Shown here in pieces: positions 8,353 through 18,192 of a stretch of 64,000 nucleotides of DNA (positions are counted from its first letter, which is position 1; each line of letters opens with the position of its first letter). Source of the DNA: Myxococcota bacterium (GTDB lineage Bacteria; Myxococcota_A; UBA796; UBA2385); NCBI GenBank assembly GCA_044344255.1, contig JBIJDH010000008.1:96001-160000 (forward strand), read 5' to 3'. A program made the translations under genes and the position numbers. The notes below the pieces were generated by a model. It saw nothing but the letters and a program-made list of their open reading frames with translations, was not told the DNA's origin and ran no database searches.

Positions 8353-10005
8353 ATGCTCCTCGCGCTCTACCTCTTCGCCTGCCAAGGCCTGCCCGCCGGC
8401 GAACACGAGCCCGCCGCTGCGGCGGCCCCGCTGGGGCGAACGAGCGCCGCCGGCCCCGCCGCCCCTCCGGACGAGGACGCCGACCCCGTCGTGCTCATCA
8501 ACGAGGTGGCCCCCGAGAACGACTCGCTCGTGATGGACGAGGCCGGTGAGCTCGAGGGCTGGGTGGAGCTCTGGAGCCCCGAGGGCGCCCAGGCCCTCCG
8601 CGGCTGGACCCTCGAGCTCGACGGCGAGGCTTGGCCCCTGCCAGACAGCCTCCGCACCGACGACCAGGGGCGCCTCCTGCTCTGGCTCGACGGAGACCTC
8701 GACCAGGGCGAGGCCCACGCCCCCCTCCACCTCGAAGGCGCAGGCGAGCTCCGCCTCGAGGGCCCGTCCGGCGCCCTGGCCGACCGCTGGACCTGGACCG
8801 ACGCCGAGGCCGACCTCGTACTGGCCCGCTTCCCCGACGGCGGCGCGCTCAAGGCCGAGACCACCCTCGCCACCCCCGGCGCCCCGAACCCGGCCGAGCC
8901 CGGCGCCTCCCTCGACCCCTCCGACACCCTCTTCCCCCAGGACCGGGTCCTCCGCTTCGACCTCGACCTCCCCGCCGACAGCCTCGCGGTCCTCCGCGTA
9001 GACCCCTACGCCCCCGTCGTGGCCTCCCTCGCCTTCGAAGGCGTCTACTTCCCACGGGTGAGCGTGCACCTCAAGGGCCAGTGGGGGAGCCTCCGCAGCG
9101 TCGACGCCAAGGCCGCCTTCCGCGTCTCCCTCGACACCTACGGCGACCACCGCCTCCGCGGGATGGAGCACGTCACCCTCAACAACATGGTGCAGGACGC
9201 CTCCTTCGTCCATGAGCGAGAGGCCTGGCGGCTGTTCCGCGCGGCCGGCCTGCCCGGCGCCCGCACCGCCCACGCCGCCGTCTACGTGAACGGCGAGTAC
9301 CGCGGCCTCTACCTCCACCTCGAGACCATTGACGACCAATTCCTGTCCCGCTACTTCGCCGACGGGGACGGGAACCTCTACGAGGGGGAGTACGGCCAGG
9401 ACATCACCCCCTCCGGATACGAGGAGCTCGAGTGGGACGAGGAGGGCTCCGACGACGTCTCCGACCGCAGCGATCTCCTCGGCCTCGCCACCCTGCTCGC
9501 CCTCGAGCCCTCCGAAGCGCTCGTGCCCGAGCTGGAGGCGCGGGTCGACGTCGAGACCACCCTCCGCGTCCTCGCCGCCGAGGTGCTGCTCGGCCACTGG
9601 GACGGGTATTTTTATTACCCCAACAATTACCGCTTCTATCACGACCCGAGCACCGGCCAGTTCACGCTGATCCCGTGGGGCCTCGACCAGACCTTCGGCT
9701 GGACCGGGTCACTGACGAGCCCCTCGGGCCGCCTCGCCCGCTGGATGCTCGCCGTGCCGAGCCTCGAGCGGCGCTGGCAGCTCGCCCTCTGGGAGCTGTC
9801 GGACACCCTGCTCGACCTCGACGTCCGCGCCGACGTGCTCTACACCCAGGCCCTGATCCGCCCCTACGTCGAGGCCGATCCCTATCGAGAGGGCTCGCTC
9901 GAGGACATGGAGGCCGGCGGCCCGGCCACCGCTGACTTCGTCGACGTCTGGCCGGTGGCCGTGCTCGACAGCCTCTTCCCCGCGGGCGCCCCCGACTGGG
10001 AGTGA
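8353..10005 (+). CDS. CotH-kinase family protein with lamin-tail-like domain
   Basis: LFAC lipobox; VLINEV...WVELW (LTD-like); LKGQWGS, LNNMVQD, VYVNGEYRGLY, WDGY, NNY, IPWGLDQTF. Confidence 0.85.
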   Translation: MLLALYLFACQGLPAGEHEPAAAAAPLGRTSAAGPAAPPDEDADPVVLINEVAPENDSLVMDEAGELEGWVELWSPEGAQALRGWTLELDGEAWPLPDSLRTDDQGRLLLWLDGDLDQGEAHAPLHLEGAGELRLEGPSGALADRWTWTDAEADLVLARFPDGGALKAETTLATPGAPNPAEPGASLDPSDTLFPQDRVLRFDLDLPADSLAVLRVDPYAPVVASLAFEGVYFPRVSVHLKGQWGSLRSVDAKAAFRVSLDTYGDHRLRGMEHVTLNNMVQDASFVHEREAWRLFRAAGLPGARTAHAAVYVNGEYRGLYLHLETIDDQFLSRYFADGDGNLYEGEYGQDITPSGYEELEWDEEGSDDVSDRSDLLGLATLLALEPSEALVPELEARVDVETTLRVLAAEVLLGHWDGYFYYPNNYRFYHDPSTGQFTLIPWGLDQTFGWTGSLTSPSGRLARWMLAVPSLERRWQLALWELSDTLLDLDVRADVLYTQALIRPYVEADPYREGSLEDMEAGGPATADFVDVWPVAVLDSLFPAGAPDWE

Positions 10006-10012
10006 GACCGGC

Positions 10013-11521
10013 TCAGGGGGCGGCCTCACAGATATACGGCAGCGCCGAGCCGCAGGCGCCGTCATTCCAGGCATAGCCGCTCCACAGGATCTGGACGCAG
10101 TCCTCCCCTCCGGAGTCATTGGGCTCGCCGCTGGCCCAGTTCGTATAGGTCACGTCGTCCCCGTTCGACCAGACCCAGTCCCCCTCGGTGCTGCGGTCAT
10201 TGAAGCCGATCTGCCAGCTCGTGTTGAGGTAGCCCCAGGCGGTGTCCGACACGAGCACCTCCTCGCCGGCGTCGCTGAAGGCGGCGAGCTCGTAGCCCAC
10301 CGTCTGACAGGCGGCCGAGGCGGCCGACCAGGTGAAATAGACCGGACAGAAGAGGTAGGTGCGCCCGTCGAGGTCCTCGGCGGTGCAGCCCCCGCAGGCC
10401 GCCTCGTCGGTGCTCCCATCGCAGTCGTTGTCCGCGGCGTCGCAGATCTCCACGCCGCCGGGGAGGGCCAGGGCGTCGGCGTCGTCGCAGTCCCCCTCGC
10501 AGACGCTGAGGCCGTCGAGATCGCCGTCGAGCTCCTCGTCGGTGCTGGCGTCGCAGTCATTGTCGACGCCGTCGCAGACCTCACCGAAGCTGCCGGCCCG
10601 CATGGGGTCGTGGTCGTCGCAGTCCCCCCCGCAGACCATGACGGTGTCGTGGTCGAGGTCGACCTCGTCGGCGGGCACGACGCCGTCACAGTCGTTGTCT
10701 TCGCCGTCGCAGCGCTCGGCCTCGCCGGGGTTGGTCGCCTCGTCGGCGTCGTCGCAGTCGGTCTCACAGCCCTTGTAGCCGTCGCCGTCCTGGTCACCGC
10801 GGTTGTCGACCTCGCCGTCACAGTCGTTGTCGAGCCCGTCACAAGCCTCCTCGGCCCAGGGGTGGACGCTGGCGTCGGTGTCCAGGCAGTCGCCGTGGCA
10901 GGTGAGGAAGCCGTCGCCGTCGACGTCGAAGCCCTCGTCGGTCTCGCCGTCGCAGTCGTTGTCGTGGCCGTCGCAGAGCTCGGCGCCGTCGGGGCGGGCG
11001 AAGGGGTCGGTGTCGTCGCAGTCGCCGGCGCAGGGGGCGAAGCCGTCGCCGTCCTCGTCCCAGGGGTCGTCGGCCCGGCCGGAGCAGTCGTTGTCGAGGC
11101 CGTCACACTGCTCGACGGCGTCCGGGGAGATGTCCGCCTCGCCGTCGTCGCAGTCCAGGCAGGCCCCGAAGCCATCGCCGTCGCCGTCGGGGGCATCGTC
11201 GACGAGGTCGTTGCAGTCATCATCGACGGCGTTGCACTGCTCCACGGCCCCGGGGTGGACCGCGGCGTCGGAGTCATTGCAGTCGTCGCCGCCGAGGACG
11301 ACGTTGTCGTGCCCGTCCCCATCCGCGTCGGCGATCGGCGCCGGCGGCTCGGCGCTGTCCGAGCCGCCGTCCGCCCCGTCTGCCCCGTCTGCCCCGCCCG
11401 CGCTGTCCTCGGTCGACAGGGCCCCCTTCCCGCTGCCGCAGCCCAGGCCCCAGAGCGGGGCCGCGCAGGAGAGGGACAGGGTCAGCAGCAGGGACGGGAG
11501 GCGGAGGCGGGGGCGGCGCAT
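10013..11521 (-). CDS. Exported protein with metal-binding (MopE-like) repeats and C-terminal C-type lectin domain
   Basis: Signal/lipobox WGLGC; seven DCDD...CDG.DNDCDG repeats; C-terminal W.AA..AC, WQIGFND...EG.W.W, GEPND, WND..C...YICE. Confidence 0.85.
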   Translation of the reverse strand: MRRPRLRLPSLLLTLSLSCAAPLWGLGCGSGKGALSTEDSAGGADGADGADGGSDSAEPPAPIADADGDGHDNVVLGGDDCNDSDAAVHPGAVEQCNAVDDDCNDLVDDAPDGDGDGFGACLDCDDGEADISPDAVEQCDGLDNDCSGRADDPWDEDGDGFAPCAGDCDDTDPFARPDGAELCDGHDNDCDGETDEGFDVDGDGFLTCHGDCLDTDASVHPWAEEACDGLDNDCDGEVDNRGDQDGDGYKGCETDCDDADEATNPGEAERCDGEDNDCDGVVPADEVDLDHDTVMVCGGDCDDHDPMRAGSFGEVCDGVDNDCDASTDEELDGDLDGLSVCEGDCDDADALALPGGVEICDAADNDCDGSTDEAACGGCTAEDLDGRTYLFCPVYFTWSAASAACQTVGYELAAFSDAGEEVLVSDTAWGYLNTSWQIGFNDRSTEGDWVWSNGDDVTYTNWASGEPNDSGGEDCVQILWSGYAWNDGACGSALPYICEAAP

Positions 11522-11593
11522 CGACGGAGCGTACCGCGACCGTCGGCTCCGCGGGGGCCTCGCCCGGAGCGTCGACAGGCAGTATAGGCCCGA

Positions 11594-12919
11594 ATGGCCC
11601 CCCTCCTCGTCGCCTTCGCCTCTGCCGCCGCCCTGGTCGGCCTGGGCGATCTGCGCCTGGCCGCGCCGGCCGCGATCGCCATCCTGCTCGTCTGGGGCCT
11701 CGGCGTGAGCGCGCTGCCTGCGCCCAAGGGCGGGCCCGGCGCCGTCCTGCGCGTCGCCCTGCTGCTGCGGCTGCTGCTGCTCGCCTCGCCGCCCACCCTC
11801 TCGGACGACCTCTATCGATACCTCTGGGAGGGCCACGCCTTCGCCCTCGGGGGAGACCCCTACCTCCTCCCCCCCGCCTCCGCGTTCTGGGAGGCCCTGG
11901 CCCCCGCCGACACCATCCGGCCCCTGGTCAACCACCCCGAGGTGCCGAGCATCTACCCGCCCGCGGCGATGTTCCTCTTCTCCCTGCTCGGGAGCCTCTG
12001 GTACAGCCCGCTCTCGATCAAGCTCTTCATGGGCCTCGCCGACGCCGCCACCGCCTGGGCCCTGGCCGACGTCCTGGCCGGGCGGCGGCGGCGCCTCGAC
12101 GGGGCCTGGCTCTACGCGCTCCACCCGCTCGGCGCGGTCGAGGCCGCAGGCTCCGGCCACCTCGAGGCGGCGGCGCTGCTCTGCGTCGTGCTGGCCATCC
12201 GCGCCTGGGACCGCGGCAAGGGCGGCCTCGGCTGGGCTGCGCTCGGCGCGTCGCTGAAGCTCCTGCCGGGGGTGCTCCTCCTCACGCTCGGCCGACACCG
12301 CCCGCGGGCCCTGGCCCTGGTGGTGGCCGCGGCGCTGGCGATCTCCCTCCCCTTCTGGTCGAGCGGCGCGGCCCTCTTCACCGGCTTCTCCACCTACGCC
12401 CGCGACTGGTCCTTCAACGGGAGCCTCTTCCCCCTCGCCGAGCTCCTCCTCGGCCGCCTCGCCCGCCCCCTGCTCGTGCTCGCGGGCGCCGCGGTGGTCG
12501 TGCTGGCCGCGCGGCGCCGGCGCGACCCCGCCGCCCTCGCGCTCTGGGCCGGCTCCGCCTTCGTCCTGCTCTCGCCGACCGTCCACCCCTGGTATGTCGT
12601 CTGGGCCTGGATCCCCGCGCTGATCACCGGGGTCCGGGCCTGGACGGTGCTCGCCACCCTCGTCCCCCTCGCGTACGTCGCCCTCATCGGCTACGACCCC
12701 GCGACCAGCCGATGGACGGAGCCGCTTTGGCCACGATGGATCATCTACACGCCCTTCTTCCTGGCCTGGGCGGCGGAGTCGTGGAGGCGGCTGACCCGGC
12801 CGGGGCCCTGGGCGCCTTCGCCAGCGCCGATCGCGTCGCGGTCGCCATCCCTGACCTCACCCGCCCCCTCGACTGCCGCCCGGCCCTCGCCGCGCTCCAG
12901 GCCCGCCTCCCGGGGATGA
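11594..12919 (+). CDS. Polytopic GT-C glycosyltransferase (GT87/DUF2029-like)
   Basis: LSDDLYRYLWEG, IYPP, E.AGSGH.E, KLLP, W.FNGS, SPTVHPWY; many TM helices. Confidence 0.8.
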   Translation: MAPLLVAFASAAALVGLGDLRLAAPAAIAILLVWGLGVSALPAPKGGPGAVLRVALLLRLLLLASPPTLSDDLYRYLWEGHAFALGGDPYLLPPASAFWEALAPADTIRPLVNHPEVPSIYPPAAMFLFSLLGSLWYSPLSIKLFMGLADAATAWALADVLAGRRRRLDGAWLYALHPLGAVEAAGSGHLEAAALLCVVLAIRAWDRGKGGLGWAALGASLKLLPGVLLLTLGRHRPRALALVVAAALAISLPFWSSGAALFTGFSTYARDWSFNGSLFPLAELLLGRLARPLLVLAGAAVVVLAARRRRDPAALALWAGSAFVLLSPTVHPWYVVWAWIPALITGVRAWTVLATLVPLAYVALIGYDPATSRWTEPLWPRWIIYTPFFLAWAAESWRRLTRPGPWAPSPAPIASRSPSLTSPAPSTAARPSPRSRPASRG

Positions 12920-13848
12920 AGGTGGTGGTGGGCCTCGGCCTGCACCGCCCGATGAGCCCGGCCGAGCTCGCCCCCTTGGCCGCCTTCCACCCACTCCAGC
13001 ACGACGCCGACGACACCGTCCCCACCGCCGTGATCGACGGCATCCCCGGCGCGGTGTCCCGCCACCTCGAGGGGGTCGATTGGAGCCTCAGCCTCGGGGT
13101 CGGGGAGCTCCACCAATACGCTGGCGTCAGCGGGGGCCACAAGGGCGTGGCGGTGGGCCTCGGCGGGCGGGCCACCCTGGGGGCGCTGCACGGCCGGACG
13201 CGGGTGCTGCAGCCGGGGGTGCGCATCGGCGCCATCGAGGGGAACCCCTTCCGCGCCGCGGTCGACGGCCTCGGCGTCGCCGCAGGCTGCCGGCTCGCGC
13301 TCGTGTTCGTCCCCGGGCCGAACGTCTGGCTCTTTGGCGAGCCCGCCGCGGTCACCCGCGCCACCGTGGCCCGCATCTCCCCCTGGGCGCCCACCCCGCG
13401 CCTCTACGAGGGCGCCGTGCTGCGGGTCCCGCCCGCCAAGGCCTCGAGCTTCTACCAGGCGAGCCGCGCCGCGACCTACCTCGCCCTCTCCCCGAGCCCG
13501 CCCGTCCGCGACGGGGGCACCCTCGTGCTCGACGCCGCCTGCCCCGAGGGCCTCGGGGCCGAGGCGGGCTTCCGGGCGGCCCTCGAGCGCTCGGCCCCCC
13601 CCTGGACGGAGCTCCTCACCGGCCCCGAGCCCAAGGGCGCGGGGGCCCAGCGCGGCGTGATCCTCGCGCTTTTGGCGCAGCGTTATCGGCTGGTCGTCAC
13701 CGGCTGTGAGGCCCCCGAGGCCCTCTTGGCCGTCGGCATCCCCGCCACTCGCGAGCGCCCGCCCTCCGGCCCGGACTGGCTCGAGGTCAGCGCCCCCTTC
13801 ACCCGCATCCCCCAGCTCGTGCCGGCGAGCGAGCCGAGCCCGACGTAA
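12781..13848 (+). CDS. LarA-superfamily (nickel-pincer) racemase/epimerase
   Basis: IPDLTRP, GLHR, QHD, HQYAGVSGGHK, FYQA, ACPEG.G match LarA motifs. The start is uncertain (GTG 12781 or ATG 12712/12736) and overlaps the upstream gene. Confidence 0.7.
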   Translation: MEAADPAGALGAFASADRVAVAIPDLTRPLDCRPALAALQARLPGMKVVVGLGLHRPMSPAELAPLAAFHPLQHDADDTVPTAVIDGIPGAVSRHLEGVDWSLSLGVGELHQYAGVSGGHKGVAVGLGGRATLGALHGRTRVLQPGVRIGAIEGNPFRAAVDGLGVAAGCRLALVFVPGPNVWLFGEPAAVTRATVARISPWAPTPRLYEGAVLRVPPAKASSFYQASRAATYLALSPSPPVRDGGTLVLDAACPEGLGAEAGFRAALERSAPPWTELLTGPEPKGAGAQRGVILALLAQRYRLVVTGCEAPEALLAVGIPATRERPPSGPDWLEVSAPFTRIPQLVPASEPSPT

Positions 13849-15257
13849 GCGAAGCCCACCGCGAAGAGGGTGAGGAAGGGCAGGCTCGCCCACCAGCCCT
13901 CCCGCACCGCGACGCCGATGGCGGCGAGCTCGTAGAGGGCGAGGCTGATCTCCGCCCAGGGGGTCCAGCCCCCCGGGAGGGCGTAGCGGACCGCGCCGCC
14001 GCCTGACTTCGGCGTGCGCACGAAGCTGCGGTCTTGGCCGAAGAGGCCCTCGACCACGGCGCGGCTCTGGTTGACGGCGAGGCCGATACCGAGGGCCATC
14101 ACGAGGGGGATCCGCCAGAGCCGGTCGAGCAGGCGCCCGTGGGCCTCCCGCTCGGCGACGGCGTAGAACAGCCCGACGCTCCCCGTCGACAGAAGCCAAG
14201 CGGCCAGATCGAGGCCGAGCAGCCCCTCGAGCCCGAGCGCCGCCCGCGCCGCCACCGCGAGGGGCAGGAGCAACGCGACCACCAGCACCATCGGGTAGGC
14301 GAGGTTGTTCGTGAGGTGGACCGCCGCCTCCCCCCTCACGCGCAGCGACAGCGGGGCCCGGAGGATGCCCGGCAGGAGCTTGCGGGCCGTCTGCATCGTG
14401 CCCTTCGCCCAGCGGTGCTGCTGGCTCTTGAAGGCGGTCATGGCCTCGGGGAGCTCGGCGGGCACGACGAGATCGCGGAGGAAGAGGAAACGCCAGCCCT
14501 GGAGCTGGGCCCGGTAGGAGAGGTCGAGGTCCTCCGTGAGCGTGTCGTGCTGCCAGCCCCCCGCCGCCTCGATGCAGGCGCGGCGCCAGACCCCTGCGGT
14601 GCCATTAAAGTTGAAGAAGCGCCCGGAGCGGTGCCGCGCCGTGTGCTCAAGCACGAAGTGCCCGTCGAGGAGCACGCTGGAGAGGCGGGTGAGCAGGTTG
14701 TGGTGCTCGTTGTCGTGCCCCCAGCGGGCCTGCACCATCCCGAGCTCCGGTCGCCCCTGGAAGTGGGGAACGATGCGGCGTAAAAAGCCGGGCTCAGGCA
14801 AAAAATCGGCGTCGAAGATACAAATTAGCTCACCCTTGGCCGACCGCAACCCCTCGGCGAGGGCCCCCGCCTTGTAGCCCTCGCGGCTCGCCCGGCGGAG
14901 CACCGTCACCTCCACCCCGCGGGCCTGCCAAGCGGCAGCCCGGGCGAGGGCGAGGGCGGTCGTCTCGTCAGTGGAGTCGTCGAGGACCTGGATCTGCAGC
15001 CGGTCGGCCGGCCAATCGAGGGCGGCGACGTGGTCGATGAGCCGCTCCACCACGCTGCGCTCGTTCCACAGCGGGAGCTGGACGGTCACCCGGGGCTCCT
15101 CCCCGAGGGGGAGCGCGGGGCAAGCACGATCGGGGCCCCGATGCCGGGCGTAGAGGGCGAGGATCAAGAGCCGATGCAGGCCGTAGAGGCTGAGCAGCCC
15201 CACCAGCCCCAGGTAGACGACCACGACCGCCAGCGCGAGCCCCGATGGGAGGTGCAT
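13683..15257 (-). CDS. GT2 processive glycosyltransferase (cellulose/mannan synthase-like)
   Basis: VTVQLP.WNE, DDSTD, GYKAGAL, FDADF, FNGTAGVWR, TEDLDLSYR, QQHRWAKG, FVRTPK. Confidence 0.9.
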   Translation of the reverse strand: MHLPSGLALAVVVVYLGLVGLLSLYGLHRLLILALYARHRGPDRACPALPLGEEPRVTVQLPLWNERSVVERLIDHVAALDWPADRLQIQVLDDSTDETTALALARAAAWQARGVEVTVLRRASREGYKAGALAEGLRSAKGELICIFDADFLPEPGFLRRIVPHFQGRPELGMVQARWGHDNEHHNLLTRLSSVLLDGHFVLEHTARHRSGRFFNFNGTAGVWRRACIEAAGGWQHDTLTEDLDLSYRAQLQGWRFLFLRDLVVPAELPEAMTAFKSQQHRWAKGTMQTARKLLPGILRAPLSLRVRGEAAVHLTNNLAYPMVLVVALLLPLAVAARAALGLEGLLGLDLAAWLLSTGSVGLFYAVAEREAHGRLLDRLWRIPLVMALGIGLAVNQSRAVVEGLFGQDRSFVRTPKSGGGAVRYALPGGWTPWAEISLALYELAAIGVAVREGWWASLPFLTLFAVGFAYVGLGSLAGTSWGMRVKGALTSSQSGPEGGRSRVAGMPTAKRASGASQPVTTSR

Positions 15258-15330
15258 TGTCGAGGCGCCTATCGCCGCCGCGGCGCAGTGGGAGGGGGCC
15301 CCTGCGAATGATGCCGAGCCCCGCGCACCC

Positions 15331-16212
15331 TCAGTCCTTGCAGAGGCGGAAGCCGAGGTCAGACGAGCGGCTGCCGGCGTCGGTGGTGTCGAGGGCCTTG
15401 GCCCACGCCGCCATCGAGGGGCGGGCCCAGGAGCCCGGGTGCAACATCCGCTGGTCGCCCGCGCCGTCGGAGAGCCACTCACCCACGTTCCCGGCGAGGT
15501 CCCACACGCCGTCGGGCGAGCGATCGGAGAGGAAGAGCCCCACCGCGCAGGGGCGGCCGAGCGCCTCCTCGCGCGTGTTCGCGTTGCTGCAACCGAAGGG
15601 AGAGCCCCAGGGGTAGGGCCGCTTATCGGGGCCGCGGCTCACCACCCGCCGCTCAGACATCGACAGAAGGCGGGCGCCGTGGGCGTTGGCGTAGGCCTCG
15701 GCCTCATACCAGCTCACCCCCACCACCGGCTGGTTGGCGACGGTGAGGTGGGCGACGGACTCCGGGGCCGACAGCTCGGCCCAGCTCGGCTCGCCGCCCT
15801 CCTTCCAGGCGAGCCCCGCCTCGCTCCAGCTCGCAGGATCGTCGTAGCCGCCGCGGTCGACCCAGGCGCGAAACTCCTGGTTGGTGACCATGAAGCGGCC
15901 CACTTGGAGGCTCGTACCCTCCTCGACGGACACCGGCGCCCAGTAGGCGGCGTCGGCGGGGCTGCACAGGCGCGGATCGCCGAGCTTGCCCAGCACCTCC
16001 CCGAGGTGGAGGCGGAGCGCCCCCTCGGCCACACCCTCTTCGAGCACCTCGGTGAGGAGCTCGGCGAGGCGGGCGCGCGTCTGGGGCTCCATCGCCGCCC
16101 CGGACTCGGATGCGGAGAGGAGCTTTTCAGCCAGCTCGACCAGCGCCTCCGCCCGTTGAACGGGCAGGAGCCCCAAGACCTCACTCAGGCGAGCTGCCAC
16201 TTCGCTGCGCAT
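15331..16212 (-). CDS. FGE/SUMF1-type (formylglycine-generating enzyme fold) domain protein
   Basis: VTNQEF, PVVGVSWYEAEAY, YPWG, DLAGNVGEW, LGFRL; GGAGG before ATG 16212. Confidence 0.85.
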   Translation of the reverse strand: MRSEVAARLSEVLGLLPVQRAEALVELAEKLLSASESGAAMEPQTRARLAELLTEVLEEGVAEGALRLHLGEVLGKLGDPRLCSPADAAYWAPVSVEEGTSLQVGRFMVTNQEFRAWVDRGGYDDPASWSEAGLAWKEGGEPSWAELSAPESVAHLTVANQPVVGVSWYEAEAYANAHGARLLSMSERRVVSRGPDKRPYPWGSPFGCSNANTREEALGRPCAVGLFLSDRSPDGVWDLAGNVGEWLSDGAGDQRMLHPGSWARPSMAAWAKALDTTDAGSRSSDLGFRLCKD

Positions 16213-16278
16213 CCAGACCTCCACGCCCTCCGCCTAACCAACTCCGAACGCAGCCGCCCCGTCGGCCCCAGGGGCCGC

Positions 16279-17310
16279 TCAGCCGCTGAGGCAGCGGGCG
16301 AGCGCGGGGAGGCTGCGATCGAAGCGCCCCGAGGTGCCCCGATGTCCACCCGGGAATTCCTCTGCGACGTGGGGGATCCCGGCCACGCGCAGGGCCTCGG
16401 TGAAGCGGCGGAGCCCGAGCTGGAGGTGGTGCTCGTCACGGTCACCCGCGTCGAGGAAGAGCAGCTCCAAGGCCCCCAGCGCCGCTTGGGCCTCCCCCTC
16501 CGCAGCGCGGCGCACCGGATCGAAGCGCCCCCAGCCGATGAAGGTGTCGAAGTCGACCGCGCCCGTGCGCAGATCGAAGGGCAGGCGCCCGGGGAAGCCG
16601 TCGAGGGTGAGCGCGCCGACCGGATCGTAGGCGGCCGAGAGGCACAGCAGGCTGAGCGCCGCGAAGCTCCCGCCGGTGGGCCGCCCCCAGAAGTCGCGCA
16701 CGAAGGCCCGCGGGCCACCGGCCGCCTGGAGCGGCGCCACCGCGGCCGGGAGCTCCGCGAGGTAGGCGAGGTCAAAGCCCATGTCTCCGGCGTGGCTGGC
16801 CACGGCGGCGAAGCGCCCGGGGTAGCTCATCGCGAGGTGCAACGCCCCGAAGCCCCCGGAGGAGCGCCCCGCCACCCCCCAGCGGCCGCTGGTGCGGAGC
16901 CGACCCTCGACGAAGGGTAGGATCTCCCGCATCAGCCACGTCGCGTAGGCGCCGATCCCCGGCGAGTCCACATACTGCGTCCCGCCGAGGCTGCTCATCG
17001 CGTCCGGCAGCACCGCGAGGAAGGGCGGGCAGCCCTCCTCCACGATCAGCCGATCAATGCGGGCGCCGATCGAGACCTCGGTGAGGCCGCGGGCCAGCAT
17101 CGACTCGCCGGTGCCCGCGTAGGGGGCGAGCAGCAGCACCGCCGGGTACCGACGGTCCGGCTCGTGATCGTAGCCGGGGGGCGTGTAGACCCAGAGATCA
17201 CGGTGGGTGGGGTCTCCCCAGGGGTTGCCCCGGAGCGCGCGGGAGCTGTGATCGAGGCAGCGGAGCTTGCCTCGCTGCTCGGGCGAGAGGTTGGGGAAGG
17301 GTGAGGGCAC
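16279..17310 (-). CDS. Esterase, alpha/beta hydrolase (enterochelin esterase-like)
   Basis: LRGNPWGD, VYTPPGY, GRSSGGFGA nucleophile elbow, DAG..DE, EEFPGGH. Confidence 0.85.
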   Translation of the reverse strand: MPSPFPNLSPEQRGKLRCLDHSSRALRGNPWGDPTHRDLWVYTPPGYDHEPDRRYPAVLLLAPYAGTGESMLARGLTEVSIGARIDRLIVEEGCPPFLAVLPDAMSSLGGTQYVDSPGIGAYATWLMREILPFVEGRLRTSGRWGVAGRSSGGFGALHLAMSYPGRFAAVASHAGDMGFDLAYLAELPAAVAPLQAAGGPRAFVRDFWGRPTGGSFAALSLLCLSAAYDPVGALTLDGFPGRLPFDLRTGAVDFDTFIGWGRFDPVRRAAEGEAQAALGALELLFLDAGDRDEHHLQLGLRRFTEALRVAGIPHVAEEFPGGHRGTSGRFDRSLPALARCLSG

Positions 17311-17335
17311 GGGGTCTCCCAGTCGAGGAGGCGAC

Positions 17336-17599
17336 CTAATGCGGGATCACCGCGATCACCGCCCAGACCACAGCGGCGAGGGCGAAGCCCCCGTAGAAGG
17401 CGCCCTCCACGAGCTCCTGGCGCCGGCGCTCGACCTCGACCGACAGGCGGGCGCGGATCCGCCGGTGCGCGGCCTGGGAGAGCGGGATGGGTACAAGGAG
17501 GCCGACGGGATCGGCCTCCTCGTCGAGGAGGAGCCCGACGGGATCGGCCCCCTCGTCGGCGAGGGCGCTCTGACGCTCGTTCGTGTCGGGGTCTCTCAT
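17336..17599 (-). CDS. Small C-terminally anchored membrane protein, candidate anti-sigma factor
   Basis: ATGA overlap with the sigma-factor stop; single C-terminal TM FYGGFALAAVVWAVIAVI. Confidence 0.55.
   Translation of the reverse strand: MRDPDTNERQSALADEGADPVGLLLDEEADPVGLLVPIPLSQAAHRRIRARLSVEVERRRQELVEGAFYGGFALAAVVWAVIAVIPH
17492..17557. repeat. 33-bp tandem duplication inside the anti-sigma candidate
   Basis: Encodes DEGADPVGLLL / DEEADPVGLLV. Confidence 0.75.
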
Positions 17600-18114
17600 G
17601 ACAGGGCCTCCGCGATCGCCCGCCGCGCGCGGGCCAGACGTTGACGCGCCGCCTCGGGGCTGAGCTCCAGCACCGTCGCCGCCTCGGCGGGCTCCATCCC
17701 CTCCCCCACCACGAGCAGGTAGACCGCCCGCTGCGCCTCGGGGAGCGCGGCCACCGCCGCCTCCACCCGCCGCGCCGTCTCGGAGGCGGCGCTGACCTCG
17801 GCGGGCGAGGGCGGGCGGGACAGGAAGGCCCCCTCGGCGAGCTCGAGCAGGCGGCTGCCGTCCAACCAGCACCAGCGGCGATGCGAGACCCAGAGGTTCC
17901 GCGTGACGGTGAAGAGCCAGGCGCCGAGGCGCGTGTCGGGGCGGAGGGCGGGCGCGTGACGGGCGAGGCGCAAGAAGGCCTCCTGCACGAGCTCCTCGGC
18001 CACCGCGCGGCTGGCGCCCATGCGCAGCAGCCAGCCGTTGAGGCGGGGGGCGAAGATCTCGAAGGCAAGCTCAAAGGCGCGCGGCTCCAGGGCTTGGAGC
18101 GCGGACAGGCTCAC
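17596..18114 (-). CDS. ECF (sigma-70 group 4) RNA polymerase sigma factor
   Basis: AEELVQEAFLRL, WLFTVTRN (region 2); LPEAQRAV...EAA.VL......RQRLARAR (region 4). GTG 18114 follows GGAGGA; the start is uncertain. Confidence 0.85.
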   Translation of the reverse strand: MSLSALQALEPRAFELAFEIFAPRLNGWLLRMGASRAVAEELVQEAFLRLARHAPALRPDTRLGAWLFTVTRNLWVSHRRWCWLDGSRLLELAEGAFLSRPPSPAEVSAASETARRVEAAVAALPEAQRAVYLLVVGEGMEPAEAATVLELSPEAARQRLARARRAIAEALS

Positions 18115-18192
18115 CCGCTCCTCCGCCCCTGCGTCGTGCCGCTCGCCTCGCTCCGCCACGCCCAACCTCCGGTCTCCAGCCCCTGCGCCACC

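Noticed and set aside
13683..15257. True cellulose synthase bcsA
   Set aside because: No PilZ domain or bcsB/C/Z neighbours; only family-level GT2 is supported.
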